From NCBI GenBank assembly GCA_965226495.1, contig OZ245365.1:4160001-4224000 (forward strand): 64,000 bases of DNA, given 5' to 3'. Shown one piece after another: positions 1-11,718 of the stretch (the stretch's first letter is position 1; every line of letters begins with the position of its first letter). The notes below the pieces were generated by a model, which searched no databases, had not been told where the DNA came from, and saw only the letters and a list, made by a program, of their open reading frames with translations. Origin of the DNA: Candidatus Marinacidobacterales bacterium. Lineage in GTDB: Bacteria; Acidobacteriota; Vicinamibacteria; Marinacidobacterales; DATDRI01. A program made the translations under genes and the position numbers.

Positions 1-2067
1 TTCCCCGCGGCCGAGCTCACCGTAGTAGAGCGGGTCGATCGCCGACTGATGGTCGACACGGTATCGGAAGACTAGCTCGTCGGTCCGAACGTCTCGCCAC
101 ACCGTGATGCGCCCAGAGTTCGACTGCCAATCGATGACGCGGATATGGATTGTCTCCGGGAGCTTTCCGCCGGAGCTTATCTGATCGTTCTCTTCGCGGA
201 CGAAGATGAGGCCAACACCCGGATGGGCTTTGAGCGCATCGACAACGGTGGTTTTCGAGCGAGTCCCTCCTCGGTAGTCTAGAATCTGTCGGTAGGAAGG
301 GCGTCGGGCCCAGGTGCATTGGCGGGATTCGACTCCCCGGCAAGAAGGAACGAAGATCTCTGCGTTGTTTCTGGCACCTCCCCCGTAGACGAGCCTCACG
401 TGGCGCTCGAAAATGCCACGTCTGGCCTTCACTTCACTTTCCGAATAGGCGGGATCGCCCCGCAAGTACAGGTCCGCCAACAAATCGACTGCGGGTTCGG
501 CAACCTGGTCCAGAGTCATATCGAGCTTTGGGTCGACCAGCAACGTTCGCATAAAGAAAAGCCACCAGTACCGCTCATGCAAGTTGGCTCGAAGGGCGAC
601 GCGGAGCTCGTCGAAGAATTCCGCCGCCCAGACCCTGGCTTCCGTTGTGCGGAGTCGGATGCCCTCGGGCTGCCAGGAACTGTATCGGTAGGGCTGCGAC
701 AATCGGCGCGGCATCTCGAGGTAGTCGATTCCGAGCTCGGCTCGGGGGCTAAGCTCCTCCATCTCCGCGCCTGTTTGTAGGCCAAGCGCACTATTTAGCG
801 AGTCGAGAAAGCTGACTTTCATTGACAGAGGATCGCGATAGGGGTTCGCCTCCGGGCCGGGCGGGACCATCATGCGATGAGTATCCACCATGCCGTGATC
901 GCCAAACAGGATGAAGAGAGTACGCTCGAAGAGCGAGTCGTCGACTCGGTCACTCTTCATGTAACGCAGGAGATCGTTCCGAGGAGCTTCAAAGCGTCGC
1001 TGCCCCCTAGAGTCGAAACGGATGCTGCGAAACCGATCGATCAAATAGCCGAGCTCTATGTCGATGAAGATCATCGCCAAGACGTAGTTGGGTCGGGTGA
1101 CTCTTAGAAGAGGGACGCTTCCCGGCTTCGCCGCTCCGTCCGACGGATCGCGAGGAACCTGGATTAAAGGAAGCTCGATGCAAAGGCGTTCGTGCTTCCG
1201 GGTCAGCAGACCATGTTGTACCCGTTTGAAATAGCGGTCCTCCAACTGTTCGAGGTATCCGGGATCGTCATCGAGAATTTGGAAGATCGTAGGATCGGTA
1301 TCCTGCTCCTCTCGAATGAAACAGTGTTCCCTCACCGACGAGAAGGTCGTCACTCCTTCCAGGTGGGACATCTCGTCCGCTGCGGCGAGCAATAGATTGG
1401 AGAACGCCGGCATTTTCTCATCCGGGTTGCGAGCGATCCGTTCGTGGATGTCGAGAAAATAGCGCATCGTGGCGTCGGCCTGGTTGTAATAGCTGTGGTC
1501 GTAGACCGCTTTCGCTCCTTCCAGGTAGGCGCGGCCGTAGTTCGCAAAGGGAACGCCCCGTCTGTGCAGGCTCATGCCTGCGACGAGGGTTTCACCGCGA
1601 TGACGGAGGTAATCTTGGATAGTGGGATAGCGTGGGAACTCGAGGCCCAGGGCGTAGTTCAAGACCTCGGCCGGATCCAGCCAGAAGTTACGGAAGTGCA
1701 AGTTGGCGCGACTAAACTGCCACCAGCCCACCACGTACGTATCGAGGCGGGACGTGAGATAGGACTGGATGATCTTCATCGTCTCCGTTTTGTCCACGGT
1801 AGACGCGTCGTAGGAGATGCGGCCTCGCGACAGTAAAAACTCGAAGTGAGGCAAACGGCCGGAGACGAGGAGAGAGCGGAAGACGTCGGCACGGAACCCG
1901 TCGAGGTGAATGAACTGGACGTGGCGGTTGGAGGGAGCGGTGGGGCGGCCCTCCCCGGTCTCGCCGCTCCCGAGACGAGCGGCGACCGTCAAAACGAGGC
2001 CAAACGTTAAAGAGATCGTTAGGCTTCGTGCCCAAGTACAGGGTCTGGACTCTCGGTTTCGAGGCAA
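1..2067 (-). CDS. Large exported alkaline-phosphatase-superfamily (NPP-like) protein, 3' end beyond window
   Basis: Not in ORF track (no stop in window). Manual translation from TTG 2067 (GGAG upstream): hydrophobic N-terminus, VQFIHLDGFRADVF..LPHF, DEMSH and LFILFGDHG motifs; frame spot-checked and in register at position 1. Confidence 0.75.
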   Translation of the reverse strand, partial: MPRNRESRPCTWARSLTISLTFGLVLTVAARLGSGETGEGRPTAPSNRHVQFIHLDGFRADVFRSLLVSGRLPHFEFLLSRGRISYDASTVDKTETMKIIQSYLTSRLDTYVVGWWQFSRANLHFRNFWLDPAEVLNYALGLEFPRYPTIQDYLRHRGETLVAGMSLHRRGVPFANYGRAYLEGAKAVYDHSYYNQADATMRYFLDIHERIARNPDEKMPAFSNLLLAAADEMSHLEGVTTFSSVREHCFIREEQDTDPTIFQILDDDPGYLEQLEDRYFKRVQHGLLTRKHERLCIELPLIQVPRDPSDGAAKPGSVPLLRVTRPNYVLAMIFIDIELGYLIDRFRSIRFDSRGQRRFEAPRNDLLRYMKSDRVDDSLFERTLFILFGDHGMVDTHRMMVPPGPEANPYRDPLSMKVSFLDSLNSALGLQTGAEMEELSPRAELGIDYLEMPRRLSQPYRYSSWQPEGIRLRTTEARVWAAEFFDELRVALRANLHERYWWLFFMRTLLVDPKLDMTLDQVAEPAVDLLADLYLRGDPAYSESEVKARRGIFERHVRLVYGGGARNNAEIFVPSCRGVESRQCTWARRPSYRQILDYRGGTRSKTTVVDALKAHPGVGLIFVREENDQISSGGKLPETIHIRVIDWQSNSGRITVWRDVRTDELVFRYRVDHQSAIDPLYYGELGRGE

Positions 2068-2179
2068 GGCTCCCGCTCCTGTCTCGGGCAGAAGTTAGCA
2101 CGTCGAGCGCGGTGACGTCGAACCGTTGGAGCTCTAGCAAAAAAGGCGCATTCACCCTGCCTTTACGAATTTGCCGCCC

Positions 2180-2345
2180 GATCCTTGTCGAAACTTCGTG
2201 GTGGCCATTTCGGGTTTCAGTGTTCACAAGCACACCAAACGTCCCAGTGACCGCGAAGGGAGGGATCGGCTTGCTTGCTACCTCATGCGGGCCCCAGTGG
2301 ACCTGTCCCGGCTTCGCGTGGAGCGCGATGAGCTGTTGCGGGCTC
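2180..2345 (+). mobile_element. IS91-like (Y2) transposase remnant
   Basis: [29 protein letters not shown] resembles the SGFSVH...LERLxRYxxRxP block of IS91-like transposases; fragment only. Confidence 0.55.
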
Positions 2346-3612
2346 GGCGCCCGAATTTCCCACCGTTTCCGTGGCTTGCCCCTCCGCCATGGCGCTCGCG
2401 GCTGGATGAAGGGCGGGATTGAGTCCGGCCTCTTCCGACACCCGGGCGATGACGACTGGAGTCGACGACCGGCCCCGCGCTCGGCTCGAATCGAGCCACG
2501 ATCTCGTAGGGGAGCTGCCGCTTCAACAGGCGCTCGATCCCGTGGAGAAGAGAGCTCTCGTCCGGCGAAACGAGCGAGACGGCTCGGCCTTCGCGGCCTG
2601 CTCGTCCCGTACGTCCGATACGGTGAACGTAGTCTTCGGGGACGTGGGGCAGCTCGAAGTTGACGACGTGAGGCAGCCGATCGATATCCAGGCCGCGAGC
2701 GGCGATGTCGGTGGCCACGAGGACTCGAGTTTGCCCGCGCTTGAAGGCCGCGAGCGTACGGGTGCGCACCCCTTGACTCTTGTCGCCATGGATGGCGTCC
2801 GTACGGATACCTTTTTGGCTAAGCTCACGCGCCAGCCGGTCGGCATGTCGCTTGGTGCGGGTGAAGACCAACACTTGTTTCCAGTCGCCGGACCGAATGA
2901 GATGGCTCAGCAGCGTCGCTTTGCGCTGCCGGTCGACGGGGTGGACGACGTGCGACACGCCGTCCGCCGTCGTCTGCTCACTCGCGATTTCTATGCGGCG
3001 CGGAGAGTTTAAGAGTTTGTCCGCGAGCTTCTGGATTTCGTTCGGGAGTGTAGCGGAGAAGAGAAGGTTCTGGCGCGTGGCTGGCAAGATATCGAGAATC
3101 CTGCGGATGTCAGGCATGAATCCCATATCCAGCATGCGATCGGCTTCGTCCAGTACGAGGATCTCGACGCTGGACAAATCCACGGTTCTCTGTCCGACGT
3201 GGTCCAAGAGTCGCCCCGGGGTAGCCACTAGAATCTCAACACCCTTTCGAAGCGTTTGGACCTGGGGAGCAAAACCGACTCCGCCGTAAACGACAGTCGA
3301 TTTGAGCGGCAGGTATTTGCCGTAGGTGTGCACACTCTGTTGAACTTGAGCCGCGAGCTCCCGGGTCGGGGTAAGAATGAGTGTTCGGATGGCGCGGCGC
3401 GATGAGCGGCGCGGTGTGTCGCTCAGCCGCTTCAGCAGCGGCAGAGTAAAGCCCGCCGTTTTTCCCGTTCCGGTCTGGGCTCGCGCGATGACGTCGCCTC
3501 CGTTCAAGATGGCGGGGATGGCGAGACGTTGCACCGGTGTCGGGACGCTGTAACCCTGTTCCGCTACAGCTTGCAAGAGTTCGGCCGACAGGCCGAGGGT
3601 ATCGAATGACAT
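2278..3612 (-). CDS. rhlE: DEAD-box RNA helicase, RhlE-like
   Basis: [31 protein letters not shown]; start reassigned to ATG 3612 (MSFDTLGL) after AGGAG. Confidence 0.9.
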   Translation of the reverse strand: MSFDTLGLSAELLQAVAEQGYSVPTPVQRLAIPAILNGGDVIARAQTGTGKTAGFTLPLLKRLSDTPRRSSRRAIRTLILTPTRELAAQVQQSVHTYGKYLPLKSTVVYGGVGFAPQVQTLRKGVEILVATPGRLLDHVGQRTVDLSSVEILVLDEADRMLDMGFMPDIRRILDILPATRQNLLFSATLPNEIQKLADKLLNSPRRIEIASEQTTADGVSHVVHPVDRQRKATLLSHLIRSGDWKQVLVFTRTKRHADRLARELSQKGIRTDAIHGDKSQGVRTRTLAAFKRGQTRVLVATDIAARGLDIDRLPHVVNFELPHVPEDYVHRIGRTGRAGREGRAVSLVSPDESSLLHGIERLLKRQLPYEIVARFEPSAGPVVDSSRHRPGVGRGRTQSRPSSSRERHGGGASHGNGGKFGRRARNSSSRSTRSRDRSTGARMR

Positions 3613-3765
3613 GAAAGTAGACTGCTCCTGAATCGGCCTAACCAGTGCCTGGGGCACGGACCGATCTAGGCAGAAATCTAAAACTTAGGTTGTATTCGGG
3701 GGTAGCCAGTAGGGATAACCGCGAAAGGCTCTCGCGCAGATCGGAATGCGCTGAGATGCAAACTG

Positions 3766-3774
3766 ATTATAGCA
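3766..3774 (-). promoter_or_regulatory. Extended -10 promoter for rhlE
   Basis: TGCTATAAT on minus strand about 150 nt upstream of the start. Confidence 0.55.
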
Positions 3775-3879
3775 GCATAAGGGACCGAATGCTTCCTTTT
3801 TTTGATGTAAGTTCCACGAAAGTACACTTTTAGGGGGACTTTGGCGTGCGTACGACGAATTCTGCCTTGAGTTTCCACG

Positions 3880-4065
3880 TTTTCGCGTGCACGGCTACCT
3901 GAGCATCTGTGCCGCTCCATTGCCTCTCTTCCGTAGTCGTGCTCGGCCAGATACCCCTCGGTGAGGTGGGGCGCAAGCTTGGCGACGCCGCTCAGCCGCC
4001 GCTCATCCAACTCGCCGATGTGTGTGATCAGCTCTGACTCGACGCGCCGGGATTCGCCCTCACTT
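3880..4065 (-). pseudogene. Internally deleted remnant of a DUF222/HNH-type gene
   Basis: Fused patches SRRVESELITHIGELDERRL / SGVAKLAPHLT / YLAEHDYGREAM recalled from such proteins. Confidence 0.45.
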
Positions 4066-4117
4066 CCACTGCGCCAGCCGGCAACACTTCCTTGAGGGGA
4101 GTGCGCTAGAATCGACG

Positions 4118-5332
4118 ATGTTCGCCGATGTGGATCGCACCTAATCCTAGCCTCGGCGTTCTTCCGTGCCGCCGCCACGGGAATGCTGAGCATCCTGCTC
4201 GGCCTCCTCCTTCCGCTACGGGGCTTCGGCGCCACGGGCGTCGGAATCGTCCTCTCCCTCGGATTCGTCGGCATGGGCCTGGGGACCGCGCTGACCGCTC
4301 GGGTTGGTGATACTTGGGGACGAAAACGCAGCCTCGTCCTTTTTTCGACCCTTTCCTGCTTGGGAGCGCTTCTGGCCTCTTTGCCGAGGACCTGGCATGG
4401 ATGAGCCTGGCGGCCTTTTTAGGGATGTTCAACGGTATGGGGCGAGATCGCGGAGCCGCCTTGGTCTTAGAGCATGCAGCGCTCCCATCCATTGTCGGCG
4501 AAGGGAACCGCACCCGGATGTTTGCCTGGTACAACATAGTTCAGGATTTGGGACACGCCCTCGGGAGTCTTATGGTCGGGCTGCCCTACTTGCTGAGGAT
4601 GATGGGAGGCGTTCCAATCGAGTCGTCCTATCAGATCTCGCTCGGTGTTTGCGCGACCCTTTTCGGGACGGGCATCATTTTCAGTTCGCTCCTTTCACCG
4701 CGCATCGAAACCCGGGCGCTTCCGAGCGCCCGCCCGTTTCTCCCGAAACCCGGAAAGTCCTCTTTCGCCTGTCAGGCCTTTTCGCCGTGGATAGCGTCGG
4801 AGGAGGGTTTTTGACGACGACTCTCCTTTCCTACTGGTTTTTCGAGCGTTTCGGGGTTCAGGAGGGCGAGCTGGCGATTCTATTTTTTCTGGCGCGAATC
4901 GCCAACGCGGCTTCGCATCTAGGCGCCGCTTGGCTTGCCGAACGCATTGGTCTGGTCAATACGATGGTCTTCACCCATATTCCCTCGAGCCTCCTTCTCG
5001 TGTCGGTGACCTTTGCGCCAAACTTCCTGGTCGCGGCAGTCCTGTTCTTAATGCGGGAAGGACTTTCTCGGATGGACGTACCGACGCGCCAGTCCTACGT
5101 GGTGTCGATCGTCGAGCCCGAGGCTCGCACGCTCGCCTCGGGAGTCACCAATCTGACACGCAACCTGGGTTGGGCTGCGTCTCCCGTTATCGCGGGAGCA
5201 CTCATGGCTGGCCGTTCTCTTTCCGCGCCTCTTTTCATCGGAGCAGGAATAAAAATAGCCTATGACGTCATGCTCTACGTGGCTTTTCGTAACTTGCGGA
5301 CTTCGGAGGAGGGCGCGTCGCGGAAAACCTAG
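4118..5332 (+). pseudogene. MFS transporter, multiply frameshifted
   Basis: Continuous MFS-like sequence split over ORFs 4183-4404 (GDTWGRKR motif A), 4314-4814 and 4304-5332; shifts near 4142, 4390 and 4735. Confidence 0.8.
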
Positions 5333-5381
5333 AACAAGGACGAGGCGAGAAAGAGCAGAGGGCCATGCGGCCAAGAAATTA

Positions 5382-6608
5382 TCAACCGAAATCGTCGAAG
5401 AGGATATTCTCCGGCTCTACTCCTAGGCCGTCGAGCATTTGCATGCAAGCCTTGAGCATGAGCGGCGGACCACAGAGGTAATACTCGATGTCCTCGGGCG
5501 AGGGATGATCCTTTAGATAGTTGTCATAAACGACCTGGTGGATGAACCCCGTGTACCCGGTCCAGTTGTCCTCGGGTAGCGGCTCGGAAAGGGCGAGGTA
5601 CCACTTGAAGCTATCGAAGTCCTTCTGAATCTTGTCGAAGTCTTCGATATAAAACGCCTCGCGCAGGCTCCGCGCCCCATACCAGAAGGTGATCTTGCGC
5701 TTGGAGTGGAGTCGGCAGAACTGGTCGAAGATATGTGAGCGCATCGGCGCCATTCCGGCGCCGCCGCCGATGAAAAGCATCTCAGCCTCGGTCTCTTTGG
5801 CGAAGAATTCGCCGAAGGGGCCTGAGATAGTGACCTCGTCTCCCGGCTTCAAACTGAAGATGTAGGACGACATGATTCCCGGCGGCGTGCCTTCGGGCGC
5901 TCGGGGTGGCGGGGAGGCTACGCGCACGTTCAGCAGGATGATGCCCTTCTCCTCCGGGTAATTAGCCATGGAGTAGGCGCGGGTCACGGGCTCCCCCACC
6001 GTAGACCCGTAGCGCCACACATTGAACTTGTCCCAATCCGCGCGGTACTCTTCTTCGACCTCGAAGTCTTTGTAGTTGACGACATGCGGTGGGGATTCGA
6101 TCTGAATGTAGCCACCGGCCCGGAACGGAACCGATTCTCCCGGAGGAAGCTCCAACACCAGCTCTTTAATGAAGGTAGCCACATTGTGATTCGAGCGCAC
6201 TTTGCACTTCCACCTACGAACATCGAAGACCTCGGCCGGCACAACGATCTTCATGTCCTGCTTGACCTTCACCTGGCACGACAGGCGGACGCCCTCCCGG
6301 GCCTCACCACGGCTGATGTGGTTCTCCTCCACCGGGAGCATGGCCCCGCCGCCCTCTTTGACACCGACCGTGCAAACGCCGCACGTTCCCTTTCCCCCGC
6401 AGGCCGAGGGAATGAAGATCTTGTTGTCGGCCAGCGTGCTCAGGAGCGTTCCTCCCGCCGCGGTGGTAATCACCTTGTCCGGGTCATCGTTCACGGTGAT
6501 GTCCACGTCCCCGGTGGCGACCAACTCTCGCCGGGCAACCATCAACACACCCACCAGCGTCACGATGACGAAGGTGAACATGAAAACGCCGAGTGCAACG
6601 GTGACCAT
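5382..6608 (-). CDS. nqrF: Na+-NQR subunit F
   Basis: [10 protein letters not shown] 2Fe-2[24 protein letters not shown] end. Confidence 0.97.
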   Translation of the reverse strand: MVTVALGVFMFTFVIVTLVGVLMVARRELVATGDVDITVNDDPDKVITTAAGGTLLSTLADNKIFIPSACGGKGTCGVCTVGVKEGGGAMLPVEENHISRGEAREGVRLSCQVKVKQDMKIVVPAEVFDVRRWKCKVRSNHNVATFIKELVLELPPGESVPFRAGGYIQIESPPHVVNYKDFEVEEEYRADWDKFNVWRYGSTVGEPVTRAYSMANYPEEKGIILLNVRVASPPPRAPEGTPPGIMSSYIFSLKPGDEVTISGPFGEFFAKETEAEMLFIGGGAGMAPMRSHIFDQFCRLHSKRKITFWYGARSLREAFYIEDFDKIQKDFDSFKWYLALSEPLPEDNWTGYTGFIHQVVYDNYLKDHPSPEDIEYYLCGPPLMLKACMQMLDGLGVEPENILFDDFG

Positions 6609-6620
6609 GGTGTGACGCTC

Positions 6621-7238
6621 CTAGAGCTGGATCCCTCCGAAAGCCATGAACCCGATGGCCATCAGACCGGTGATGATGAACGTGATTCCCAAGCCGCGGA
6701 GGCCTACGGGGATATTGCTATAGCGCAGCCGCTCTCGAATGCCGGCCAGCGCGATGATGGCGAGTGCCCAGCCCACTCCGGACCCTAACCCGAAGACCAC
6801 GCTCTCTCCGAATGCGTAGTTGCGCTCGACCATCCAAAGGGAGGCCCCCAAGATGGCGCAATTCACCGCGATCAACGGTAAGAACACCCCCAACGCCGAA
6901 TGCAGCTTGGGTAGGAACCGATCAAGTGCCATCTCCACAATCTGGACCATCGCGGCGATCGTACCGATGTAGGTGAGAAAACCGAGAAATGACAAGTCGT
7001 AGGAGGCTAGTTCCGGGCTGACCCAGGCCAGCGCCCCCTCCTTCAGTAGGTACGTATAGATCAGAAAGTTCATGGGCACGGTGATGGTCAGAACAAAGAC
7101 CACCGCGCTACCGAGACCGATGGCGGTTTCCACTTTTCTCGACACCGCGATAAAGGAGCACATGCCCAAGAAAAAGGCGAGGGCCATGTTCTCGACGAAG
7201 ATGCTCTTGATGGCCAGGTTCAAGTAATGTTCGAACAT
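6621..7238 (-). CDS. nqrE: Na+-NQR subunit E
   Basis: [20 protein letters not shown]; operon position. Confidence 0.96.
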   Translation of the reverse strand: MFEHYLNLAIKSIFVENMALAFFLGMCSFIAVSRKVETAIGLGSAVVFVLTITVPMNFLIYTYLLKEGALAWVSPELASYDLSFLGFLTYIGTIAAMVQIVEMALDRFLPKLHSALGVFLPLIAVNCAILGASLWMVERNYAFGESVVFGLGSGVGWALAIIALAGIRERLRYSNIPVGLRGLGITFIITGLMAIGFMAFGGIQL

Positions 7239-7239
7239 G

Positions 7240-7863
7240 TCAATCCGCCTCCACTTGGTCCGGTTTCCAAGTTCTCAAGATCCAGATGAACAATCCGATT
7301 ATGAAAAACGCCGCCGGGGAAAGGAGCATGAAGCCGTTCGGAGTGTACCAGCCGCCCTCCGAGACTAGAGGCATCAGCGTGATCCCGAACAGGGAGCCGG
7401 ATCCGAACAACTCCCTCAAAAACGCCGTTAGCATCAGAATGAGCGAGTACCCCAAGGCGTTCCCTATCCCGTCCAAGACACTCTGCATCGGAGGGTTCTG
7501 CATGGCATAAGCCTCGGCGCGCCCCATGATGATGCAGTTCGTGATGATGAGGCCCACGAACACGGAGAGCTGCTTCGAAATCTCGTAAACGTATGCCTTG
7601 AGAATCTGATCGGTGACGATCACTAGAGACGCGATGATGGTCAGCTGCACGATGATGCGAATATTCGTCGGAATCTGATTTCGAAGCAGACTGACAAAAA
7701 GGTTTGACAGCGCCAGAACCGCGAGGACCGCCACGCTCATGACTAGAGCGGTATCCATTTGGGTCGTCACCGCCAGCGCCGAGCAAATCCCCAACACTTG
7801 ATAGGCGATCGGATTGTTGTTGAAAAGCGGATCTGCGAGCGCGTCTCGCGCCTTGCTAGTCAT
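7240..7863 (-). CDS. nqrD: Na+-NQR subunit D
   Basis: [33 protein letters not shown]. Confidence 0.96.
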   Translation of the reverse strand: MTSKARDALADPLFNNNPIAYQVLGICSALAVTTQMDTALVMSVAVLAVLALSNLFVSLLRNQIPTNIRIIVQLTIIASLVIVTDQILKAYVYEISKQLSVFVGLIITNCIIMGRAEAYAMQNPPMQSVLDGIGNALGYSLILMLTAFLRELFGSGSLFGITLMPLVSEGGWYTPNGFMLLSPAAFFIIGLFIWILRTWKPDQVEAD

Positions 7864-8648
7864 CCGGTGACTCCTTCCGTTTTCCTCAATCGAGCGAGAT
7901 AGGGGCCGAATCCATTCTCCGCCAGCCAGAAGTGAATCATGTTGGTCACGCCGCGACTGGTAATGGTGGCGCCCGAAAGACCGTCTACTCGGTACGGATG
8001 CTCAGCGGGCGGGCCGGCCGGTCCTTTGATGACGGTAATCTTCGGGCTAAGCTCTTCGTCGAACGCCAAGCGACCGTCCCAGCGCGCCTTCCAAATTGGA
8101 TTGTCGACCTCGCCGCCAAGCCCCGGGGTCTCTTTGTGCTCATAATAAGTGATGCCGCGGATCGTGTTGAGATCGGAGCCATCCAACGCGAGAAAACCAT
8201 AGAGGGTTCCCCAAAGGCCGTATCCCTCTATGGGCAGAATCAGAATCTGAATGGCACCGCTGCCATTTTGAAGCTGGTAGACCAAGGCCTTGTCGGCGAG
8301 GCGCTGGACCCGTGAGCGATTGTCGGGAGCCGCTCGACTGGTATCGGGATTCATCGCCGCCCTCCGATAATCGAACGTCGTCGGATCGATATCAGGAGCC
8401 TCTTCTCCCGTATTGAGATCGATGACCACCTGCCGGATAGGCGTGAAGCGCTCCTCGATCTCTTGGCGGCTCAGCTTCTCGCCCTCTTTCGCCAGCCCGG
8501 CGGCAATCAGCACATTCCGCTGTTTGTCCAACGCAGCGTTGATAGCTTGCCGGTCTTTCAGAGAGACTGCCGCCCATGAAACGAACACTGCGCAGCAGAC
8601 CGATATCACTGCCGCAAACCAAAAGTTGTATTGGACGCTATGTTGCAT
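7860..8648 (-). CDS. nqrC: Na+-NQR subunit C
   Basis: [18 protein letters not shown] site GLSGATITS. Confidence 0.96.
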   Translation of the reverse strand: MQHSVQYNFWFAAVISVCCAVFVSWAAVSLKDRQAINAALDKQRNVLIAAGLAKEGEKLSRQEIEERFTPIRQVVIDLNTGEEAPDIDPTTFDYRRAAMNPDTSRAAPDNRSRVQRLADKALVYQLQNGSGAIQILILPIEGYGLWGTLYGFLALDGSDLNTIRGITYYEHKETPGLGGEVDNPIWKARWDGRLAFDEELSPKITVIKGPAGPPAEHPYRVDGLSGATITSRGVTNMIHFWLAENGFGPYLARLRKTEGVTG

Positions 8649-9858
8649 AGCGAGCCTTCCTACGTTTTATATTAGCCCGGATTGCGAAATGGTCAATGAC
8701 CGGGGCGAACACGTTCATTAGCAGGATCGCCAGCATCATCCCTTCTGGATAGGCAGGATTGACGACCCGGATCAGAATCGCCAGCACCCCTATCAGGAAG
8801 CCATAAATATAGGCCCCTTTTTGGGTTACCGCGGCGGATACCGGGTCGGTCGCCATGTAAACCATGCCGAAGGCCCACCCGCCCAGAACGAAATGCCACC
8901 AGAAAGGCACGTCGAAGAAGGGATTGGTCGAAGAGCCAAAACCGTTAAGGACCAGGGTCATGGCGATCGTTCCGAGCGCGACGCTCAGCATGATGCGCCA
9001 GGAACCAATCCCAGTGAACACGAGAAGGAGGGCTCCAGCCAAACAAGCAAGGGCGGACGTTTCTCCCATCGACCCCGGGATGAATCCGACAAAGGCATCC
9101 CACCACGTGACCCCCTCGGCGACGACTGCCTGGCCACCTTCGACCGCGTTCGCTAGCCAGGTTGCGCCGCTCACCCCGTCGACCGAGGTCACCGCGGCGA
9201 TCCATACTTGGTCTCCGGTGATCTCGGCCGGGTAAGCAAAAAACAGAAACGCGCGGGCGGTGAGGGCCGGGTTCAAGATGTTGAAACCCGTTCCTCCGAA
9301 GACCTCTTTCCCGATAACGACGCCGAACGTGATGCCGAGGGCGACCTGCCAGAGGGGGATGTTGGGCGGCAGAATGAGCGGGAACAAGAATCCAGTAACC
9401 AAGAGACCCTCGTTCACCTCGTGCTTGCGGATGACGGCAAAGATAACCTCCCAAATACCGCCGACCGCGAACGTGACGATGAACACCGGGAAGAAATAAA
9501 GCGCCCCATGCACGATGCACGCCCAGGCGTTTCCGGGATCGAAGCCTAGCTCCAGCGCTCCCATCACCTGGGTCTGCCACGTCACCAGCGGAGCGGCACC
9601 CTTTGAGATCGCGAGATTTGCCTGGAAGCCGGTATTGTATAAGGCCATGTAAAGGCAGCCGACCAGCGAGATCACGACCGTCATCATCATGCGCTTGAGA
9701 TCGAGACCGTCGCGCGCATGCGAGGCATGCTGGGTGACCTCGCCCGGAGTGAACAAGAAGGTATCGTTCGCTTCCCAAAGCGGGTAGAGCTTTTCGAGCT
9801 TGCCGCCCTTCTCGAAAAGCTTGGCTTGTTTGTCGAGTAGGTTGCGTAAGAATTTCAT
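8638..9858 (-). CDS. nqrB: Na+-NQR subunit B
   Basis: [24 protein letters not shown] site, MATDPVS. Confidence 0.96.
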   Translation of the reverse strand: MKFLRNLLDKQAKLFEKGGKLEKLYPLWEANDTFLFTPGEVTQHASHARDGLDLKRMMMTVVISLVGCLYMALYNTGFQANLAISKGAAPLVTWQTQVMGALELGFDPGNAWACIVHGALYFFPVFIVTFAVGGIWEVIFAVIRKHEVNEGLLVTGFLFPLILPPNIPLWQVALGITFGVVIGKEVFGGTGFNILNPALTARAFLFFAYPAEITGDQVWIAAVTSVDGVSGATWLANAVEGGQAVVAEGVTWWDAFVGFIPGSMGETSALACLAGALLLVFTGIGSWRIMLSVALGTIAMTLVLNGFGSSTNPFFDVPFWWHFVLGGWAFGMVYMATDPVSAAVTQKGAYIYGFLIGVLAILIRVVNPAYPEGMMLAILLMNVFAPVIDHFAIRANIKRRKARYAT

Positions 9859-9885
9859 GAGTTAGAGCTTGTTTTCTTTGTTTAG

Positions 9886-10070
9886 TGCGCGCGGGGCCCC
9901 ACCCCCAAGCCTTGATGCTCCGTCGACTTCGCGACTACGCATCGGCTCAAGGCTGCGCTCGGGCTTTGCACCGCTAACCCTCGTCATTAGTCACTCGCGA
10001 GCTCCTCGCTCGCTCGCCGCCCTCGCTCTTCGCTCGGGCGTAACCCCGGCCGCATTCCCTTGGCCGCGCA
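9886..10070. repeat. GC-rich palindromic intergenic element between nqrA and nqrB
   Basis: 276-nt gap with GCGCGGGGCCCCACCCC start and TCGCTCGC-rich imperfect hairpins. Confidence 0.45.
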
Positions 10071-10134
10071 GCACGTGTGCCAATTCCTCGCGGCCGACGG
10101 CTAGCCAGACGACCGTTGTCCCATTCACGTTTGG

Positions 10135-11514
10135 CTAGCCTTCTTTCTCGATGGTGGTGAGGACGTCACGGAGATACGGTCCGTATTCGTTCTTCCCTGG
10201 ATCCACGAAAGTACACAACCCAAGATCCTCCTCGTCCAGCTCCAGGCACCCGAGCTCTTCAGCGCGAACGACGTCGCGCATCAGAAGCGACCGGAGCAGA
10301 AACGTCGGAAGGATGTCCATCGGCATCACCTTCTCGTACATCCCAATAGGAACGATGGCGCGGACTGATCCGTTGGTGGACGTCGTGAACGCGAACTTCT
10401 TCCCCGGAATCAGCTTGGAAACAAAAGTATTAATGGTAGAGAACTTGTCGAAGCCCGGTCCCAGCCAACCGAGAAATTCGCGTTCGCGCTCCTCGCGAAG
10501 AACGGTGATTTGCCGATCGTAGCGTCCGAGATAACCCAAGGTCTCTCCGGAAGCCTCGCGTCCCGAAAAGACAGAGCCTGAGATGACACGGCTCTCTCCG
10601 TCCTGTAGCTCACCCCTGAGGAGATCGTCCGTCGACCCGCCCACCCTTGCACGCACCAACCTAGGCTGCCGTACCGCCGGACCAGCGATTGCGATCACGC
10701 GCTCCACGTCGAGCTTGCCGGTTTGGAAGAGCTTTCCAATCGCCACCGTGTCCTGATAACCGGCATGCCACACCATCTTGTTCCGATCGACGGGATCCAG
10801 CTGGTGGATGTGAAGGCCCGCTGTACCGGCGGGGTGAGGGCCCTGGAACTCCTCGTGGTGAAACTGATTATCTCTAGGTATCGGGACCTGACTTCCCGGT
10901 GACGTACAAACGAAGACTGGCCCGTCAGTCAACTTGGAGAGTGCGATGAGCCCGTGCTCGAAATCGGAATGTCGGCCTTCGAGTGCGACGTCAACCGAGG
11001 GCGCCAGAGGGTGGGTGTCTATCGCGGTAACGAAAATGGAGCGCGGCTTGTCGTTGGGATCGGCGACTCGGCTGAAGGGACGCCCGCGCAACGCAGTCCA
11101 CATCCCGGACTCGATGAGAAGCCGGGCGACATCGTCTCGCGAGAGACCACCAGGGTGCTTCCCGGTGAAGGACGGGAAAGAGGCTTCTTCGGGCCCCCCG
11201 CTCCGACCCCCTTTCTCGCTCTGACTCAGCTCGATGACGATGGATTGAAAAGCCCGGCGTTCGCCGCGATGAATAGCCGCTACCTTGCCGGCGCCGGGCG
11301 ACGTGTAGCCCACGCCAGAGGTCTTCTTGTCCTCGAAGAGAAGCTGGCCGCGCCGGACGTCGTCCCCCACCTCTACCCGCATAGTAGGCCGCAACCCCGC
11401 GTAGTCGCTGGCCAGGAGCGCGACCTTCCCGGGGGCGCCACCATCCTGAACGGCTTGTATCGGCTCCCCCGAAATAGGCAGCCGGAGCCCCTTATTGATC
11501 TTGTGCAGTCCCAT
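10135..11514 (-). CDS. nqrA: Na+-NQR subunit A
   Basis: [36 protein letters not shown]. Confidence 0.96.
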   Translation of the reverse strand: MGLHKINKGLRLPISGEPIQAVQDGGAPGKVALLASDYAGLRPTMRVEVGDDVRRGQLLFEDKKTSGVGYTSPGAGKVAAIHRGERRAFQSIVIELSQSEKGGRSGGPEEASFPSFTGKHPGGLSRDDVARLLIESGMWTALRGRPFSRVADPNDKPRSIFVTAIDTHPLAPSVDVALEGRHSDFEHGLIALSKLTDGPVFVCTSPGSQVPIPRDNQFHHEEFQGPHPAGTAGLHIHQLDPVDRNKMVWHAGYQDTVAIGKLFQTGKLDVERVIAIAGPAVRQPRLVRARVGGSTDDLLRGELQDGESRVISGSVFSGREASGETLGYLGRYDRQITVLREEREREFLGWLGPGFDKFSTINTFVSKLIPGKKFAFTTSTNGSVRAIVPIGMYEKVMPMDILPTFLLRSLLMRDVVRAEELGCLELDEEDLGLCTFVDPGKNEYGPYLRDVLTTIEKEG

Positions 11515-11718
11515 CTATCCGTCTAGTATCGCGCGCTGGCTACCGACAAAACCTATATTTTAGCGTACCCGCCCATATCCCGAACATCATTATTGCGACT
11601 AGTCTGGATCGCCGCCCGCCCCGGATCAGAAACGCCAAAGTGAACGGCTACCAGTCTTGGTCCAACTTTATCTCGCAGGGTCGAAAAGCCACCGGCGAAG
11701 CTCTAGAGCGCTAGCGGG

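Noticed and set aside
17-1836. Short ORFs in the track (319-780, 877-1107, 1444-1836 and others)
   Set aside because: Shadows of the long minus-strand phosphatase-family frame
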